Source: an uncultured Desulfobacter sp.
GTDB lineage: Bacteria; Desulfobacterota; Desulfobacteria; Desulfobacterales; Desulfobacteraceae
Length of the DNA: 64,000 nucleotides
NCBI GenBank assembly: GCA_963665095.1
Contig: OY762069.1
Coordinates: forward strand, 1,760,001-1,824,000
Direction: 5' to 3'
The notes below the pieces were generated by a model. It was given only the letters and a program-made list of their open reading frames with translations. It ran no database searches and was not told where the DNA came from. This document shows, one piece after another, positions 41,269 to 51,586 of this stretch (within the stretch, counting starts at the first letter, position 1; every line of letters starts with the position of its first letter). The position numbers were made by a program, and so were the translations under genes.

Positions 41269-43257
41269 ATGAAGCTGTCGTTGAGATCCAAACTGATTCT
41301 CGGAGGGATAATCGCCTCCATGCTCCCTTTGGCCATTGTTGGCTATTTTGCTGTAAGTAAATCCACCAACGCTCTGGTAAAAAACGCTGAATTCCAGGCG
41401 ATGCAGATTTCTGAGGATCTGGCGTTACTGGCTGAGGAGATTGTCGGCCAGGAAAAAATTTATGCCGCTTCCATTGCCCAGACACCCGTATTAATCAACG
41501 CCGTTTCCCAGGCCCATAATATTGAGACGGGGTTTGCAGAACAGGCTTTGGCTGATTTACAAAAATTTCTGGGTGCCATTTTTGAAAAATGCAACGGACG
41601 CTATGAAAAAATTATAGTCACAGACAGGAACGGAAAGGTGATCGCTGATAACACCCGGAAAGTCCTATCACTCGACCTTGGAACCAGGGACTATTTTCAG
41701 CAGGCAAAACAGGGGAAGGAGACCTTGAGCGAACCCATTATATCAAAAGTCTCAGGCGCGCCAATCCTCTCTCTTGCCATGCCTGTCAATACGTATGAGG
41801 GTACTTTTGGCGGTGCCATTGTATTTGTTATCAAGCTGGATGGCCTAAGTAATAAAATCACCGCCATAAAAATCGGTGAAACCGGATACCCGTTTATGAT
41901 TGATAAAACGGGTCTGGTAATTGCCCATCCACATCCTGAAAATATTTTTAAGACAAATATTGCTCAGTCTGATGGCATGGAGGCCATTGCAAAACGCATG
42001 ATTGCCCAGGATGCGGATGTGGAAACGTATCGCTTTAAAGGGGTGGCCAAAATTGCCGGATTTGCCCCTGTCAAGTCCACAGGCTGGAGCATTACCGTCA
42101 CCCAGAATGAAGATGAATTTTTAGGGGCGGTCCATGCCATTCAAAAACTGGTGATCATTGTGGGTCTGTTCTTTCTTGTCATTGTGGTGATCGGCATTCT
42201 TTGGTTTGTCAAAGGCATCATGGACCAGCTCGGTGGAGAACCCAGTGATATCGCCGGCATTGCAGACAGCATTGCCGAGGGTAATTTGACTGTTCAATTC
42301 CAAAAAAATGCCGGGAAGTCAACCGGTGTTTATGCCAGTATGGAAAAAATGACCGGAAATCTAACCGGGATGCTTACGGAAATCACCGGTGGCATCGGGA
42401 CCCTTACCTCATCTTCCACTGAATTGTCAGCTATCTCGGAACAGATGGCCGGTAATGCGGAAAGCACCTCGGAAAGAGCCAATACGGTTGCTGCAGCATC
42501 AGAGGAGATGACCTCAAATATGAATGGTGTGGCGGCGGCCACAGAAGAGACCTCGGCAAACATCCAAATGATTGTGGCTGCTGCCGAAGAGATGTCTTCG
42601 ACCATCTCAGAAATTGCATCCAACACGGCAAAAGGCAGCCATACGACCACAGAGGCGGTTAAAAAGGCTGAAGAGGTCTCTAAAAAAGTGAACGACCTGG
42701 GTCTGGCCGCATCTCAAATCAGTAAAGTAACTGAGACCATTGCTGATATTTCCGAGCAGACCAATCTTCTGGCATTAAATGCCACCATTGAAGCAGCAAG
42801 GGCCGGTGAAGCCGGCAAAGGGTTTGCCGTAGTGGCCGGAGAGATCAAAGCCCTGGCCCAGCAGACAGCACTGGCCACCAGTGAGATCGGCACCAGAATC
42901 AGCGAAGTGCAAAACACCACCAAAGAATCAGTCAGCGCCATTGAATCCATTGTGGAGGTGATCAATGAAATTAACGACATTGTAACGACTGTGGCAGCGG
43001 CCATTGAAGAACAGAGCGCCACCACCCAGGAAATTGCCAACAACGTCAGTCAGGCAGGCTTGGGCGTTCAGGAGGTGAACGAAAATGTTAACCAGGCATC
43101 TGCAGTGGCCGGAGAAGTCAGCCAGGAGATCCATCAGGTCAGCCAGGCCTCTGATGAGATGAGAACCGGCAGCCTGCAGGTCAATGAAAGCGCTTCAGAC
43201 CTTTCCAGACTGGCTGAAAGCCTTAATCAGCTGGTGTCAAAATTTACCCTGGAATAA
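41269..43257 (+). CDS. Methyl-accepting chemotaxis protein with Cache-type sensor
   Basis: Two [20 protein letters not shown]...AHP Cache motifs; [28 protein letters not shown]. Confidence 0.95.
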   Translation: MKLSLRSKLILGGIIASMLPLAIVGYFAVSKSTNALVKNAEFQAMQISEDLALLAEEIVGQEKIYAASIAQTPVLINAVSQAHNIETGFAEQALADLQKFLGAIFEKCNGRYEKIIVTDRNGKVIADNTRKVLSLDLGTRDYFQQAKQGKETLSEPIISKVSGAPILSLAMPVNTYEGTFGGAIVFVIKLDGLSNKITAIKIGETGYPFMIDKTGLVIAHPHPENIFKTNIAQSDGMEAIAKRMIAQDADVETYRFKGVAKIAGFAPVKSTGWSITVTQNEDEFLGAVHAIQKLVIIVGLFFLVIVVIGILWFVKGIMDQLGGEPSDIAGIADSIAEGNLTVQFQKNAGKSTGVYASMEKMTGNLTGMLTEITGGIGTLTSSSTELSAISEQMAGNAESTSERANTVAAASEEMTSNMNGVAAATEETSANIQMIVAAAEEMSSTISEIASNTAKGSHTTTEAVKKAEEVSKKVNDLGLAASQISKVTETIADISEQTNLLALNATIEAARAGEAGKGFAVVAGEIKALAQQTALATSEIGTRISEVQNTTKESVSAIESIVEVINEINDIVTTVAAAIEEQSATTQEIANNVSQAGLGVQEVNENVNQASAVAGEVSQEIHQVSQASDEMRTGSLQVNESASDLSRLAESLNQLVSKFTLE

Positions 43258-43273
43258 ATTTTATAACCATTCG

Positions 43274-43319
43274 AAGACTATCTTAGGGCTCTTTCCGGGT
43301 CCTAAGATAGTCTTTTCTT
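43274..43319 (+). terminator. Rho-independent terminator after MCP
   Basis: AAGACTATCTTAGG...CCTAAGATAGTCTT then TTCTT. Confidence 0.75.
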
Positions 43320-43419
43320 CAAATTGTCACCCTAAAAATTGTCCTCATTGACACCGGTCAGCATTCGCGTACCGGGAAATTGTCCATGGTTGAGATGGTA
43401 ACCGTCGTTATTATTATTC

Positions 43420-43469
43420 CTACAACCTGTAGAGTAACCCCTAAAAAAATCCTATAATTCATCGGCTTT
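43420..43469 (+). promoter_or_regulatory. Bipartite regulon motif, copy 1 (DUF4136 gene)
   Basis: CTACAACCTGTAG-N25-TTCATCGGCTTT. Confidence 0.75.
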
Positions 43470-43570
43470 ATTTGTCTCATATCTTTTCCTATAAATAGCA
43501 CAATATTGTTCCGATAAAGGGAGTAACAATTTATTACTCGTTCATTTCAAAAGGAGGTAATTTAACAACC

Positions 43571-44143
43571 ATGAAAAAACTCTTATTTTGCGCGATCATT
43601 TCTTTAACCTTTCTTGTCAGCTCCTGCAGCACCATTAAAGTCTCTGCCGATCTGAATAAAGATACAGATTTCACTCAGTATAAAACTTATTCCTATCTGG
43701 GTTGGAATGAAGAGAGCTGCCAGCTGATGAAGGAAAAAACCAAAAAACTGATTGAAGCTGCTTTCTACAATGAATTCACATCCCGTGGCATGACCTATGT
43801 TAAAACAGGCGGAGATATTGAAATCTCTTTGTTTATGGTAACCGATCAGAAAAAAGCAACAGCGTCTTATGCCGCTTTTTGCACCAAAGAACATGCAGGA
43901 TACAATGTTTCCCAGACCTGGAGCTGGGGTCAGGGCGTTGACGACACCACATACGAAGCATGCGATTATACCGTTGGAACCCTGGTATGTGACATAATGG
44001 ACAGCAAAACCAAAGCTCTTGTGTGGCAAGGTGTTGGCTCCGGAACAATCAATAAAGACGCAAGTGACAGCCAGAAAGCAAAAAACTTACCAGCAGCCAT
44101 AGCCAAAATCATGGCGCTTTATCCGGTTGCCCCATCCAAATAA
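43571..44143 (+). CDS. DUF4136-family lipoprotein
   Basis: Lipobox-like LVSSC; DFTQYKTYSY, YTVGTLVCDIMD, LVWQGVG, IMALYP; RBS AGGAGG. Confidence 0.85.
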   Translation: MKKLLFCAIISLTFLVSSCSTIKVSADLNKDTDFTQYKTYSYLGWNEESCQLMKEKTKKLIEAAFYNEFTSRGMTYVKTGGDIEISLFMVTDQKKATASYAAFCTKEHAGYNVSQTWSWGQGVDDTTYEACDYTVGTLVCDIMDSKTKALVWQGVGSGTINKDASDSQKAKNLPAAIAKIMALYPVAPSK

Positions 44144-44182
44144 AACAGGTGCTCCCCCGGCATTTATAACTGCCTCATCAGA

Positions 44183-44220
44183 TGCAAGACCTTTACCGGG
44201 AATCCGGTAAAGGTCTTGCA
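44183..44220 (+). terminator. 17-bp perfect hairpin after DUF4136 gene; probable terminator
   Basis: TGCAAGACCTTTACCGG-GAAT-CCGGTAAAGGTCTTGCA; only a weak U-tract follows. Confidence 0.6.
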
Positions 44221-44416
44221 CCTATTTTCGTCCTTCACCCTTTCTTACGACACCGCGATTCATCGCATACAAACCGGAATCCTTCTTTTTCCGGGCAACA
44301 CCATGTCATTTCCAAGGCACGGCTGGAAATAATAATGCAACATGTGTGAAGTGCCCCATATGCAGGGCGCACTTCCATGCAAATATAACTTAAAAACCAA
44401 ACAGTTAACCCATCTG

Positions 44417-44467
44417 CTACAATTTGTAGAACAAACCCTGATAAAAATCCTATAATTCATCGGCTTT
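44417..44467 (+). promoter_or_regulatory. Bipartite regulon motif, copy 2 (GPH transporter)
   Basis: CTACAATTTGTAG-N26-TTCATCGGCTTT. Confidence 0.75.
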
Positions 44468-44557
44468 CTTTACTCCCTGTCTTTTTTTATTAAATGACAA
44501 ACACGGCCCTATTCAGGGACTAACATTATTATTAGTTCATTTTCATAAGGAGGTAAC

Positions 44558-45949
44558 GTGAGTACGGAAGAAGGAAGGCTGACCAACTACGAAGTTCTAA
44601 GTTATGCATTTGGCGAATTTACTCTGGGTTTAATGATGTGGGTACCCATAGCATATCTGGCCTATTATTTTACAGATGTAGCAAAAATTGCAGCTGCAAC
44701 AGTAGGCACCATTATGCTGATCACCCATATCGCTGATGCGGTATCAGTACCCCTGGCAGGCAGCATTATCCAGAAAATTCATATGAAATGGGGACAATTC
44801 AGGTCCTGGCTGATTTTCGCCCCCATTACCACGTTTATTTTCTTTTCACTGCTGTTTGCCCCGCTGGATATATTTGGATATACAGCCAAGTGTATCCTTA
44901 TCTGTGTTTTCTACATCACTGCCCATGTCAGCATCAACTTTGCTTACGTTGCTCACCTTGGGCTTATTTCAGTTATGGGAACCAACCCTAAAGACCGCGT
45001 CCGCCTGTCTACCATCAAGTCGGCAGGGGCCACCAGTGCGTCTATTGTTTTCAGTGTTCTGGTGATTCCTGTACTCAACAAACTGAACGCAACCTTAGGG
45101 CCCCAGACCGGCTTCTTTTTAGCGGCGGTTGCCCTTTCCGCCACACAGATCGCAGGATACTGGACCTCAGCTAAAATCGCAAAAAAATACGATGTAAACA
45201 CACCCCAAAAAGCCGATACCAAAGAGACGAAACTGAGCTGGCCTGAAATGATGCAGGCACTTTTCGGCAACAAGCATCTGCTGCTCATGATGTTCTCCGA
45301 CTGTTCAAAACAGATCTCTGCATTTGTCATCCTTGGCATGGCAGCATACTACTTCCAGTATATTGCCGGCAGCATGGCATTAATGAGTATGTTCATGCTG
45401 CTTACTACCATCACAGCCTTTGGGTATTCCGTGTCTGCCCCATACCTTTTGAAAGTAATGGATAAAAAGCAGGCATATATTTTTTCCAGTGCAGTTGCAG
45501 GCGCTTCTTTCTTTGGCATCAGCGTACTTGGCACAAACTCAACCGCTTTTATCGTTCTGTCATGCATTGGCATGATCGGCTATGCGTTAGGTATTGCCAT
45601 TGGACCGGCCATGTATATGGATGCCGCTGAATACAGCAACTATCTTACCGGCAAAGACTGCAGTGCATTTGTCATGTCCATGTTTACACTGCCCATCAAG
45701 ATCGGGACAGCCATGGCAACCACCATCATCGGATACGGCCTGGCATATATCGGATTTACAGCAGGGATGGAAGCAAGCCCTGAATTTGTGGGAGACCTCT
45801 TGAAATTGATCTCCTATGCACCGGCTTTTGTCTGTTTCCTTTCAGCAATATTGATGTGCTGGTACAAACTCAACGACACGACAGTTGCAGATTATATGCA
45901 AAAAAATGCAGACAGAAGAAATGGGGGCGCTGAAGTTCCGGCAAGTTAA
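44558..45949 (+). CDS. MFS transporter, glycoside-pentoside-hexuronide (MelB/GPH) family
   Basis: LSYAFGE, YYFTDV, KWGQFRSWL, MDAAEYS...TGK, KIGTA; about 12 TM; GTG start with AGGAGG RBS. Confidence 0.9.
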   Translation: MSTEEGRLTNYEVLSYAFGEFTLGLMMWVPIAYLAYYFTDVAKIAAATVGTIMLITHIADAVSVPLAGSIIQKIHMKWGQFRSWLIFAPITTFIFFSLLFAPLDIFGYTAKCILICVFYITAHVSINFAYVAHLGLISVMGTNPKDRVRLSTIKSAGATSASIVFSVLVIPVLNKLNATLGPQTGFFLAAVALSATQIAGYWTSAKIAKKYDVNTPQKADTKETKLSWPEMMQALFGNKHLLLMMFSDCSKQISAFVILGMAAYYFQYIAGSMALMSMFMLLTTITAFGYSVSAPYLLKVMDKKQAYIFSSAVAGASFFGISVLGTNSTAFIVLSCIGMIGYALGIAIGPAMYMDAAEYSNYLTGKDCSAFVMSMFTLPIKIGTAMATTIIGYGLAYIGFTAGMEASPEFVGDLLKLISYAPAFVCFLSAILMCWYKLNDTTVADYMQKNADRRNGGAEVPAS

Positions 45950-45970
45950 AGTGTAAGGGCTTCACAAATC

Positions 45971-46010
45971 AAACGAGGGGCTAAAAAACTTCAAGCCCCT
46001 CGTTTTTATT
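45971..46010. terminator. Bidirectional rho-independent terminator
   Basis: AAACGAGGGGCT...AGCCCCTCGTTTTT between convergent genes. Confidence 0.8.
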
Positions 46011-46030
46011 TTTCACTTATTTGACCCAAC

Positions 46031-47593
46031 TTAAAAATTATAAGCAGGGCTTTTCTTCTCCATAATTTTAAAGGAGATCGCAAGATAAAGCCATTCATCC
46101 ACGGAATCAAGGGAAATCTTGGAAATTTCCTGGATACGTTCCAGCCTGTTAAGAAAAGAGCTGCGATGAATATACAGCTTCTTGGCCGTGGCGGATGCGT
46201 TAAACCGGCACAAAAAGTATGTTTTCAAGGTCTTATAATACTCAGTATTTTTTTGTTCATCGTGCTCTTTAAGCAGTAACAGTTTTTCACTGCAGACATA
46301 TTCCGGTCCAAATTCAAGATACCCTTTTCTCAGCAGTCCGAGTAACGCATAATTATCAAAACTGAACAGCCATCGGGTCGGTGTTTCCACAACCCCGATT
46401 TCAATGGCTGTTTCCACCTGCTTATAGGCTGGATATAGATCTTTCCATGCATGAATCTCCCGACTGACTCCAGCCACCAGCAGGCTTTCGCGCAAAAAAT
46501 GGGCCAGGGCCTGGCGGAAAAGCTGTGTCTCTTCCCTGACGCTGAATTGATCCTTATTCACCAGCATCATTAACCGACCCTGATATTCAAAGCAGATACA
46601 CCCCTGCCACCGGCGCTCAATCTCAGTGGTCAGATAATCTCCGTATATATTTTTATCATAACGGGAGTTGGGCCGAAATTGAACCAGCAGATACATGTCC
46701 TCTTTGGCCCAACCCATCTGCGAAATCGCCTCTTCCCACTCCAGACCGGGGCCAACGCCTTTTTCATCCAGAGCAGCCAGAATAATACGACGCAGACTGT
46801 TTCTACGGTCTTCATTCTGGCTGAAGGAGCCGTGAAAACGATACAACTTGGCCACAGCCTGTGTCAGGTATGCCAGTAACGGACTGTGATAGGCAATTGC
46901 ACTTTCGCTCTTATCATAAATCCGTATGGCAAGCCTGCCGACAACATTATTGTCATAATAGACATTGCAGCACAGAAGAAAGGCATCATTCATGGCAAAT
47001 GAAAACACACCGGTTTTTTGGGATATTTCAGCATAGACATTGCTGATAACCCAGTCGTTAACAGTCTCGGAAGGCACATTTCCCTGGGCATCCACATGTT
47101 TTGCCACCAGGCCTTTCTTCAAAGAGAGGCTGCAATAGGCAATATAATGAAATGCCATATCCATAAGGGAGATCGGATCAAACAGCACAGATTCGGTACA
47201 GTCAATCAAGTCTTGGAAGGTACCCCCATCCCGGCAAATGCGTGTCAACTGGGCATCCCAAAGGTCAAACTTGTTGAATATATCCTGGAGCAGATTGAAC
47301 AGAGCAGAAAAAGAGACGCCTTCTTCCACACTGATGACAGAACAACCCGGGATGGTCAGATTTTCATTTGAAAGCCCTGCACAGATCAACAGACAGCCCA
47401 CAGGAGGGGGGACGTCAAGACCAGCCATGTCCTCCACAATATCTCTGTCAAGGACCACCACATTAAATGACGCAGGGTTCTCCTCGTCAAAAAATAAAGG
47501 GCGTCCGACCTCAAGCGTCTGGATCTTACAGACATAATGTGCCTTGAACTTGATCTGAACCTGATGAAAAATAATATCCTGAGGCAGTTGCAT
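46031..47593 (-). CDS. PucR/CdaR-family transcriptional regulator
   Basis: C-terminal HDEQKNTEYYKTLKTYF...NASATAKKLYIHRSSFLNRLERIQEI (HTH_30-like); start at MQLPQD with GGAAGG RBS. Confidence 0.9.
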   Translation of the reverse strand: MQLPQDIIFHQVQIKFKAHYVCKIQTLEVGRPLFFDEENPASFNVVVLDRDIVEDMAGLDVPPPVGCLLICAGLSNENLTIPGCSVISVEEGVSFSALFNLLQDIFNKFDLWDAQLTRICRDGGTFQDLIDCTESVLFDPISLMDMAFHYIAYCSLSLKKGLVAKHVDAQGNVPSETVNDWVISNVYAEISQKTGVFSFAMNDAFLLCCNVYYDNNVVGRLAIRIYDKSESAIAYHSPLLAYLTQAVAKLYRFHGSFSQNEDRRNSLRRIILAALDEKGVGPGLEWEEAISQMGWAKEDMYLLVQFRPNSRYDKNIYGDYLTTEIERRWQGCICFEYQGRLMMLVNKDQFSVREETQLFRQALAHFLRESLLVAGVSREIHAWKDLYPAYKQVETAIEIGVVETPTRWLFSFDNYALLGLLRKGYLEFGPEYVCSEKLLLLKEHDEQKNTEYYKTLKTYFLCRFNASATAKKLYIHRSSFLNRLERIQEISKISLDSVDEWLYLAISFKIMEKKSPAYNF

Positions 47594-47772
47594 GGCTATC
47601 CTTCCATATAATTTATACAATGTATACGAAACGTCAGACTTATCACCGAAACCAAGCGTTTTCTATGTATTACTCGAAAATTCAGGATGTTATTTAAACA
47701 AGCGAACCACATCAACAACATAAGCGCCATGTCGGACTCTAAAACCGCAGTCTCTCCATCCAGAGAAATACC

Positions 47773-47823
47773 ATACAATATGTAGGATGAAAAGCGTAAA
47801 ATTTCTGCTAATTCATCGGCTTT
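47773..47823 (+). promoter_or_regulatory. Bipartite regulon motif, copy 3 (MFS transporter; divergent from regulator)
   Basis: ATACAATATGTAG-N26-TTCATCGGCTTT. Confidence 0.75.
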
Positions 47824-47956
47824 TTTTCCCGGTTGACTTTACCATATAGTGCTTAACTGTCATTAACCGTCAACCGTACAGCCAAAGGAGCACATTAATT
47901 CAATGAAAGTCAAACACACCACCGGAATATTTTCACCATTAAGGAGGTCTTAACAC

Positions 47957-49144
47957 ATGGAAAAAGGAAAAATTAAATTAGCCATCTTATCGTCTGCGAC
48001 ACTGATTATGGGCGCCCAGATCATCACCGGAATCATTGCAGCCGTGGCCGCCCATTATCCGGATGTACCCCAGGGCAGGGTTACGCTGCTTCTCACCCTG
48101 CCGTTTCTGATTGGAACGTTGTTTGCCCTGGCAGCAGGTCCTCTGTCAAAATTCATTTCCAAAAAGAATCTGGTAATCGCCAGCCACATAGCCCTGCTGA
48201 CCGGCTGTATAGTGGCATATATGTTCGGAGAGATGAGCATCAACGCGCTCTTGGCCACAAGTGTTCTCATGGGTGTCAGCCAGGGTATGCTCTCTACGCT
48301 GACCATGGGGCTCATTGCCGATTATTTCGAGGGGGATGAACGGGGGGCTCTCATGGGGCTTCAGTCCTCATTTACCACATTTGGCGGCATGATCATGGTT
48401 TTTGTCGGTGCGGCCCTTGCCGGTATTTACTGGAAAAACACCTACCTGATTCTGCTGGTTGCAGTGCCTTCCCTTCTTATTGTTTTAAAAAACCTTCCGG
48501 CAACCACGCCGGTGCAAAATGTGGATGCTTCCGGTTCTGGGACGCGCGGTTCTATTACCAAGGCAGCCTGGTTTTACATCTTTATTGATTGTGTATACGG
48601 CGTTTTTTGCTTTATCTTCCAGGCAAACCTTGCCTTCTTCATCACCCAGCAGGGATATGGCGGTGCGGATGTCGCAGGCTATGCCAACTCCACGCTGGTT
48701 GCCGCAGGCGGTATTACCGGATTTCTATACGGCCGCTTGAGCAAAATTTTTGGCAGATTCATCCTCCCCTTAGGACTGTTTGTTTCGGCTGCGGGTTACC
48801 TGCAGCTCTACCTCATTGGCTCCCTGCCTTCAGTTTTTATTGCCAGCGCCTGTATTGGTTTCGGCCTGACAGCCACAGTGGCCACAGTGATGTTTAATGC
48901 ATCAAACGTGGTTTCACCCTCCTCTTCAACCATGGCCATTGCACTCGCCAATACCTTTGGAAGTATCGGCATCTTTGCTTCCCCGATCATCACTGGATAT
49001 ATCATGAAAGCCATTGGATCCGGAGAACTGCAGACGCAATTTATTATTGGCACTGCGGGAATGGCCGCACTGGCTGTCATCTATATGATTGGAGACGCAG
49101 CCATAGCCAAACAGTACGCGGACCCTGCCCCCCAAACCAATTAA
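47957..49144 (+). CDS. MFS transporter
   Basis: 395 aa, about 12 TM; LIADYFEGDERGALMG motif; RBS AGGAGG. Confidence 0.9.
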   Translation: MEKGKIKLAILSSATLIMGAQIITGIIAAVAAHYPDVPQGRVTLLLTLPFLIGTLFALAAGPLSKFISKKNLVIASHIALLTGCIVAYMFGEMSINALLATSVLMGVSQGMLSTLTMGLIADYFEGDERGALMGLQSSFTTFGGMIMVFVGAALAGIYWKNTYLILLVAVPSLLIVLKNLPATTPVQNVDASGSGTRGSITKAAWFYIFIDCVYGVFCFIFQANLAFFITQQGYGGADVAGYANSTLVAAGGITGFLYGRLSKIFGRFILPLGLFVSAAGYLQLYLIGSLPSVFIASACIGFGLTATVATVMFNASNVVSPSSSTMAIALANTFGSIGIFASPIITGYIMKAIGSGELQTQFIIGTAGMAALAVIYMIGDAAIAKQYADPAPQTN

Positions 49145-49285
49145 ACTGCTGCATTATTATCTTAAACACTTCCCTGGCCTGACTTCTCACAGGCGGGCCG
49201 GGGAAGACAATTGACTCCCGCCCTTCCCTATTTCGCCTGCTTTTTTCTATAAACAATCATAAATTAGTGCCTGAATGAAAACCCC

Positions 49286-49324
49286 CGTGTTTGGTGTTTG
49301 GACGAAAAGTTGCCCAGATGCAAG
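49286..49324. repeat. Left end of dispersed TIR (MITE/REP-like) element
   Basis: GTGTTTGGACGAAAAGTTGCCCAGATGCAAG matches the left arms at 58581 and 63138. Confidence 0.7.
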
Positions 49325-49681
49325 AGCGTTAGAAATTCGTTTGCCACAACTTCTTAATACCATATTAAATTTGTTTTAAGGGTAGTTGAAAGGCGGGAAC
49401 TTACTATTCAGACTTCGCATGTGCGATTCAACACAGTCGGCAGATTTGAACAAATTGCAAGGGATTGCCATATTGGCAGCTTAGAAAACTTTGACAATTT
49501 CGGTTAAATCAATTTATATTTACAGACATAAACAAATTTGGCTGTGAACAACTATCCATGTTTGTTGGCGGCTATAAAACGTGTCAACAATGATGATAGA
49601 ATTCCGGCCTATATTGCTAAAACCTTGGCAGCTAAAACTTGTAGTAAGACGACTTAACTTAAGAAAGGAAAGGAGATTTAC

Positions 49682-50053
49682 ATGAAGATTCAAGCTCGAC
49701 TGGAGGTATTTCTGAAGCACAGAGTTATTCTAACCCTGATGATAATAAGTGTTCTCAGCCTTGTTACACCAAATATCTATGCCCAGACTGAAAACACCGG
49801 CAATTTCATTAATGCCAGGCAGGTTATTGTAACCCATGACATTTCACGCTACCCCGATGCAGAATTTATGGGACATATTCAGTCATCCCTGTGCCCTGTT
49901 TACATGCAAAGCGCGTTCGGCCATGCAGCAGCCATAGAAGAAATGAAAGTGGATATCGCCCAACAAGGCGGCCACATCCTTGTGATTGACGGTTTCACAG
50001 AAGCAAGGGGAGAAAAACCACCCCAAGGAAAAATGTACAAACTGACAAAGTAA
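49682..50053 (+). CDS. Hypothetical exported protein
   Basis: 123 aa; hydrophobic signal-like segment ending NIYA; RBS AAGGAG. Confidence 0.6.
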   Translation: MKIQARLEVFLKHRVILTLMIISVLSLVTPNIYAQTENTGNFINARQVIVTHDISRYPDAEFMGHIQSSLCPVYMQSAFGHAAAIEEMKVDIAQQGGHILVIDGFTEARGEKPPQGKMYKLTK

Positions 50054-50101
50054 TTGAAGCCTGTACGAAATATCAGGCGACCATGCAACTCATCCAAATT
50101 T

Positions 50102-50134
50102 AAAAGGGGGTGCCCATGACGGGCACCCCCTTTT
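50102..50134. terminator. Bidirectional rho-independent terminator
   Basis: AAAAGGGGGTGCCC-ATGAC-GGGCACCCCCTTTT. Confidence 0.85.
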
Positions 50135-50168
50135 ATCGGGTATGCAAAATCTGACTTAATACCCGTTT

Positions 50169-51338
50169 TTAAAACAGGAACATGATCTGACAACCGACGT
50201 TAGTGGTTGTTCCCTCATCCACGGCAGCTTCACCAGCCGGTTTTCTGTCCTGCCAGTCCGTAAGGTTGATAAAGGGAATAAGTGTCATATATTCGGTCAT
50301 TTTGTAGCAGTAGATAAAATCATAGCCAATGACCTTGTCTTTATTGTTTTGATCATCTTCGGTAAATCCCTGGCTTACCCCAAAGTGGACACTGTTTTTG
50401 GGATTGATAAACCAATTGACACCCAGGGCATACCCGAGATAGTCGTTGCTGATAATAGAATCTGATGTGGCGTCATATCTGGGATCTCCGTAATAATCAG
50501 ATCTGTAGTTCGTATAGGCGTAAAACCAGTTGTATCCTTTTTGATTTGGCGGCCCCCCATGGCTGTAGTTGTTATGGTCAGCATACAGGGTGGCTTCAAG
50601 AATCACTTTGGGAGCAAAATACCGTAAAGATGCGCCGTACATGTAGGACTCAATGTCATATTCCTTACCACTGGCAACCTCTTCCGTATAAATGTCATAT
50701 CCACCGGAGACACCTAATTTAAATTTCCCGAACTTCCAGTTGAGACGTGCTTCAAGGGAGGGAATCTCATTGTCAGAATCCACTGCGCCGTCTACGATAT
50801 AACCACCGGCACATGACTCAGACCAGTCGTCAGGCCTCAGTGCAGCAAATTGGAGTTCTACATCGTTACTAACAGGAAAACTTAAGCGGATCTGCTCATT
50901 GGGATAATGGCCCAGCATATGGGAAATGCCGGATTTTAAAGGCGGAGGCAGAAGAATGGCATCCCAGGTGATCGGGTCATTACAACCAACCAGCACACGG
51001 CCCATTCCAAAATTATATTCAACCCAATAGTAGTATATGGTGTCAAGCGTCGTGTCTTCGCCATTTGCACGGAATTCAAATAAGCCTTTATATTTATCAT
51101 TCTGGAAATTAAAGATTAAACGGCTCTGGCCAAGACCATAGGTCATTTCAGTACCATCATCAACTCCGGTTCCGTTCTCCGCCGGGACATCATTATTTAC
51201 TGTGTAATACAACGGCAGATAAATCTGGGCATTAAAATCAAGCTTCCATCCCCTTGCTTCAATTTCAAATGCAGACGCAGGCGAGGCCATAGTCCAAAAC
51301 AAACCGACAATTAATACAAACAATAACGACTTACGCAT
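50169..51338 (-). CDS. Putative outer-membrane porin
   Basis: Signal peptide ending ASPASA, amphipathic beta-strand pattern rich in Y/D/G, C-terminal Phe. Confidence 0.7.
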   Translation of the reverse strand: MRKSLLFVLIVGLFWTMASPASAFEIEARGWKLDFNAQIYLPLYYTVNNDVPAENGTGVDDGTEMTYGLGQSRLIFNFQNDKYKGLFEFRANGEDTTLDTIYYYWVEYNFGMGRVLVGCNDPITWDAILLPPPLKSGISHMLGHYPNEQIRLSFPVSNDVELQFAALRPDDWSESCAGGYIVDGAVDSDNEIPSLEARLNWKFGKFKLGVSGGYDIYTEEVASGKEYDIESYMYGASLRYFAPKVILEATLYADHNNYSHGGPPNQKGYNWFYAYTNYRSDYYGDPRYDATSDSIISNDYLGYALGVNWFINPKNSVHFGVSQGFTEDDQNNKDKVIGYDFIYCYKMTEYMTLIPFINLTDWQDRKPAGEAAVDEGTTTNVGCQIMFLF

Positions 51339-51586
51339 TTTTTCCTCTCTCCAAGGTTGGGAACCTGTAAAAAAATTTAAACTGTCTTATTCACCATTTT
51401 CCTACAAGTTCATTAAGATTTAACTCACTTAAATGAAATGGTAACACAACTTGGCTGATCCAATAGCCTCTACACTCCGTCATCTCCTTTCTGTCTTTAA
51501 CAAATTCAACTGTTGATTATTTCCCTTATCCTTAAAAAATCTGTTTGAAAGTATAGTACAAACAATATCAAATGTAAATAAGTCCT

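Noticed and set aside
47614..47626. TATACAATGTATA palindrome just upstream of the regulator start, as a sixth regulon site
   Set aside because: Half-site spacing is 1 nt rather than 3 and the TTCATCGGCTTT box is absent; could be autoregulatory but is unsupported.
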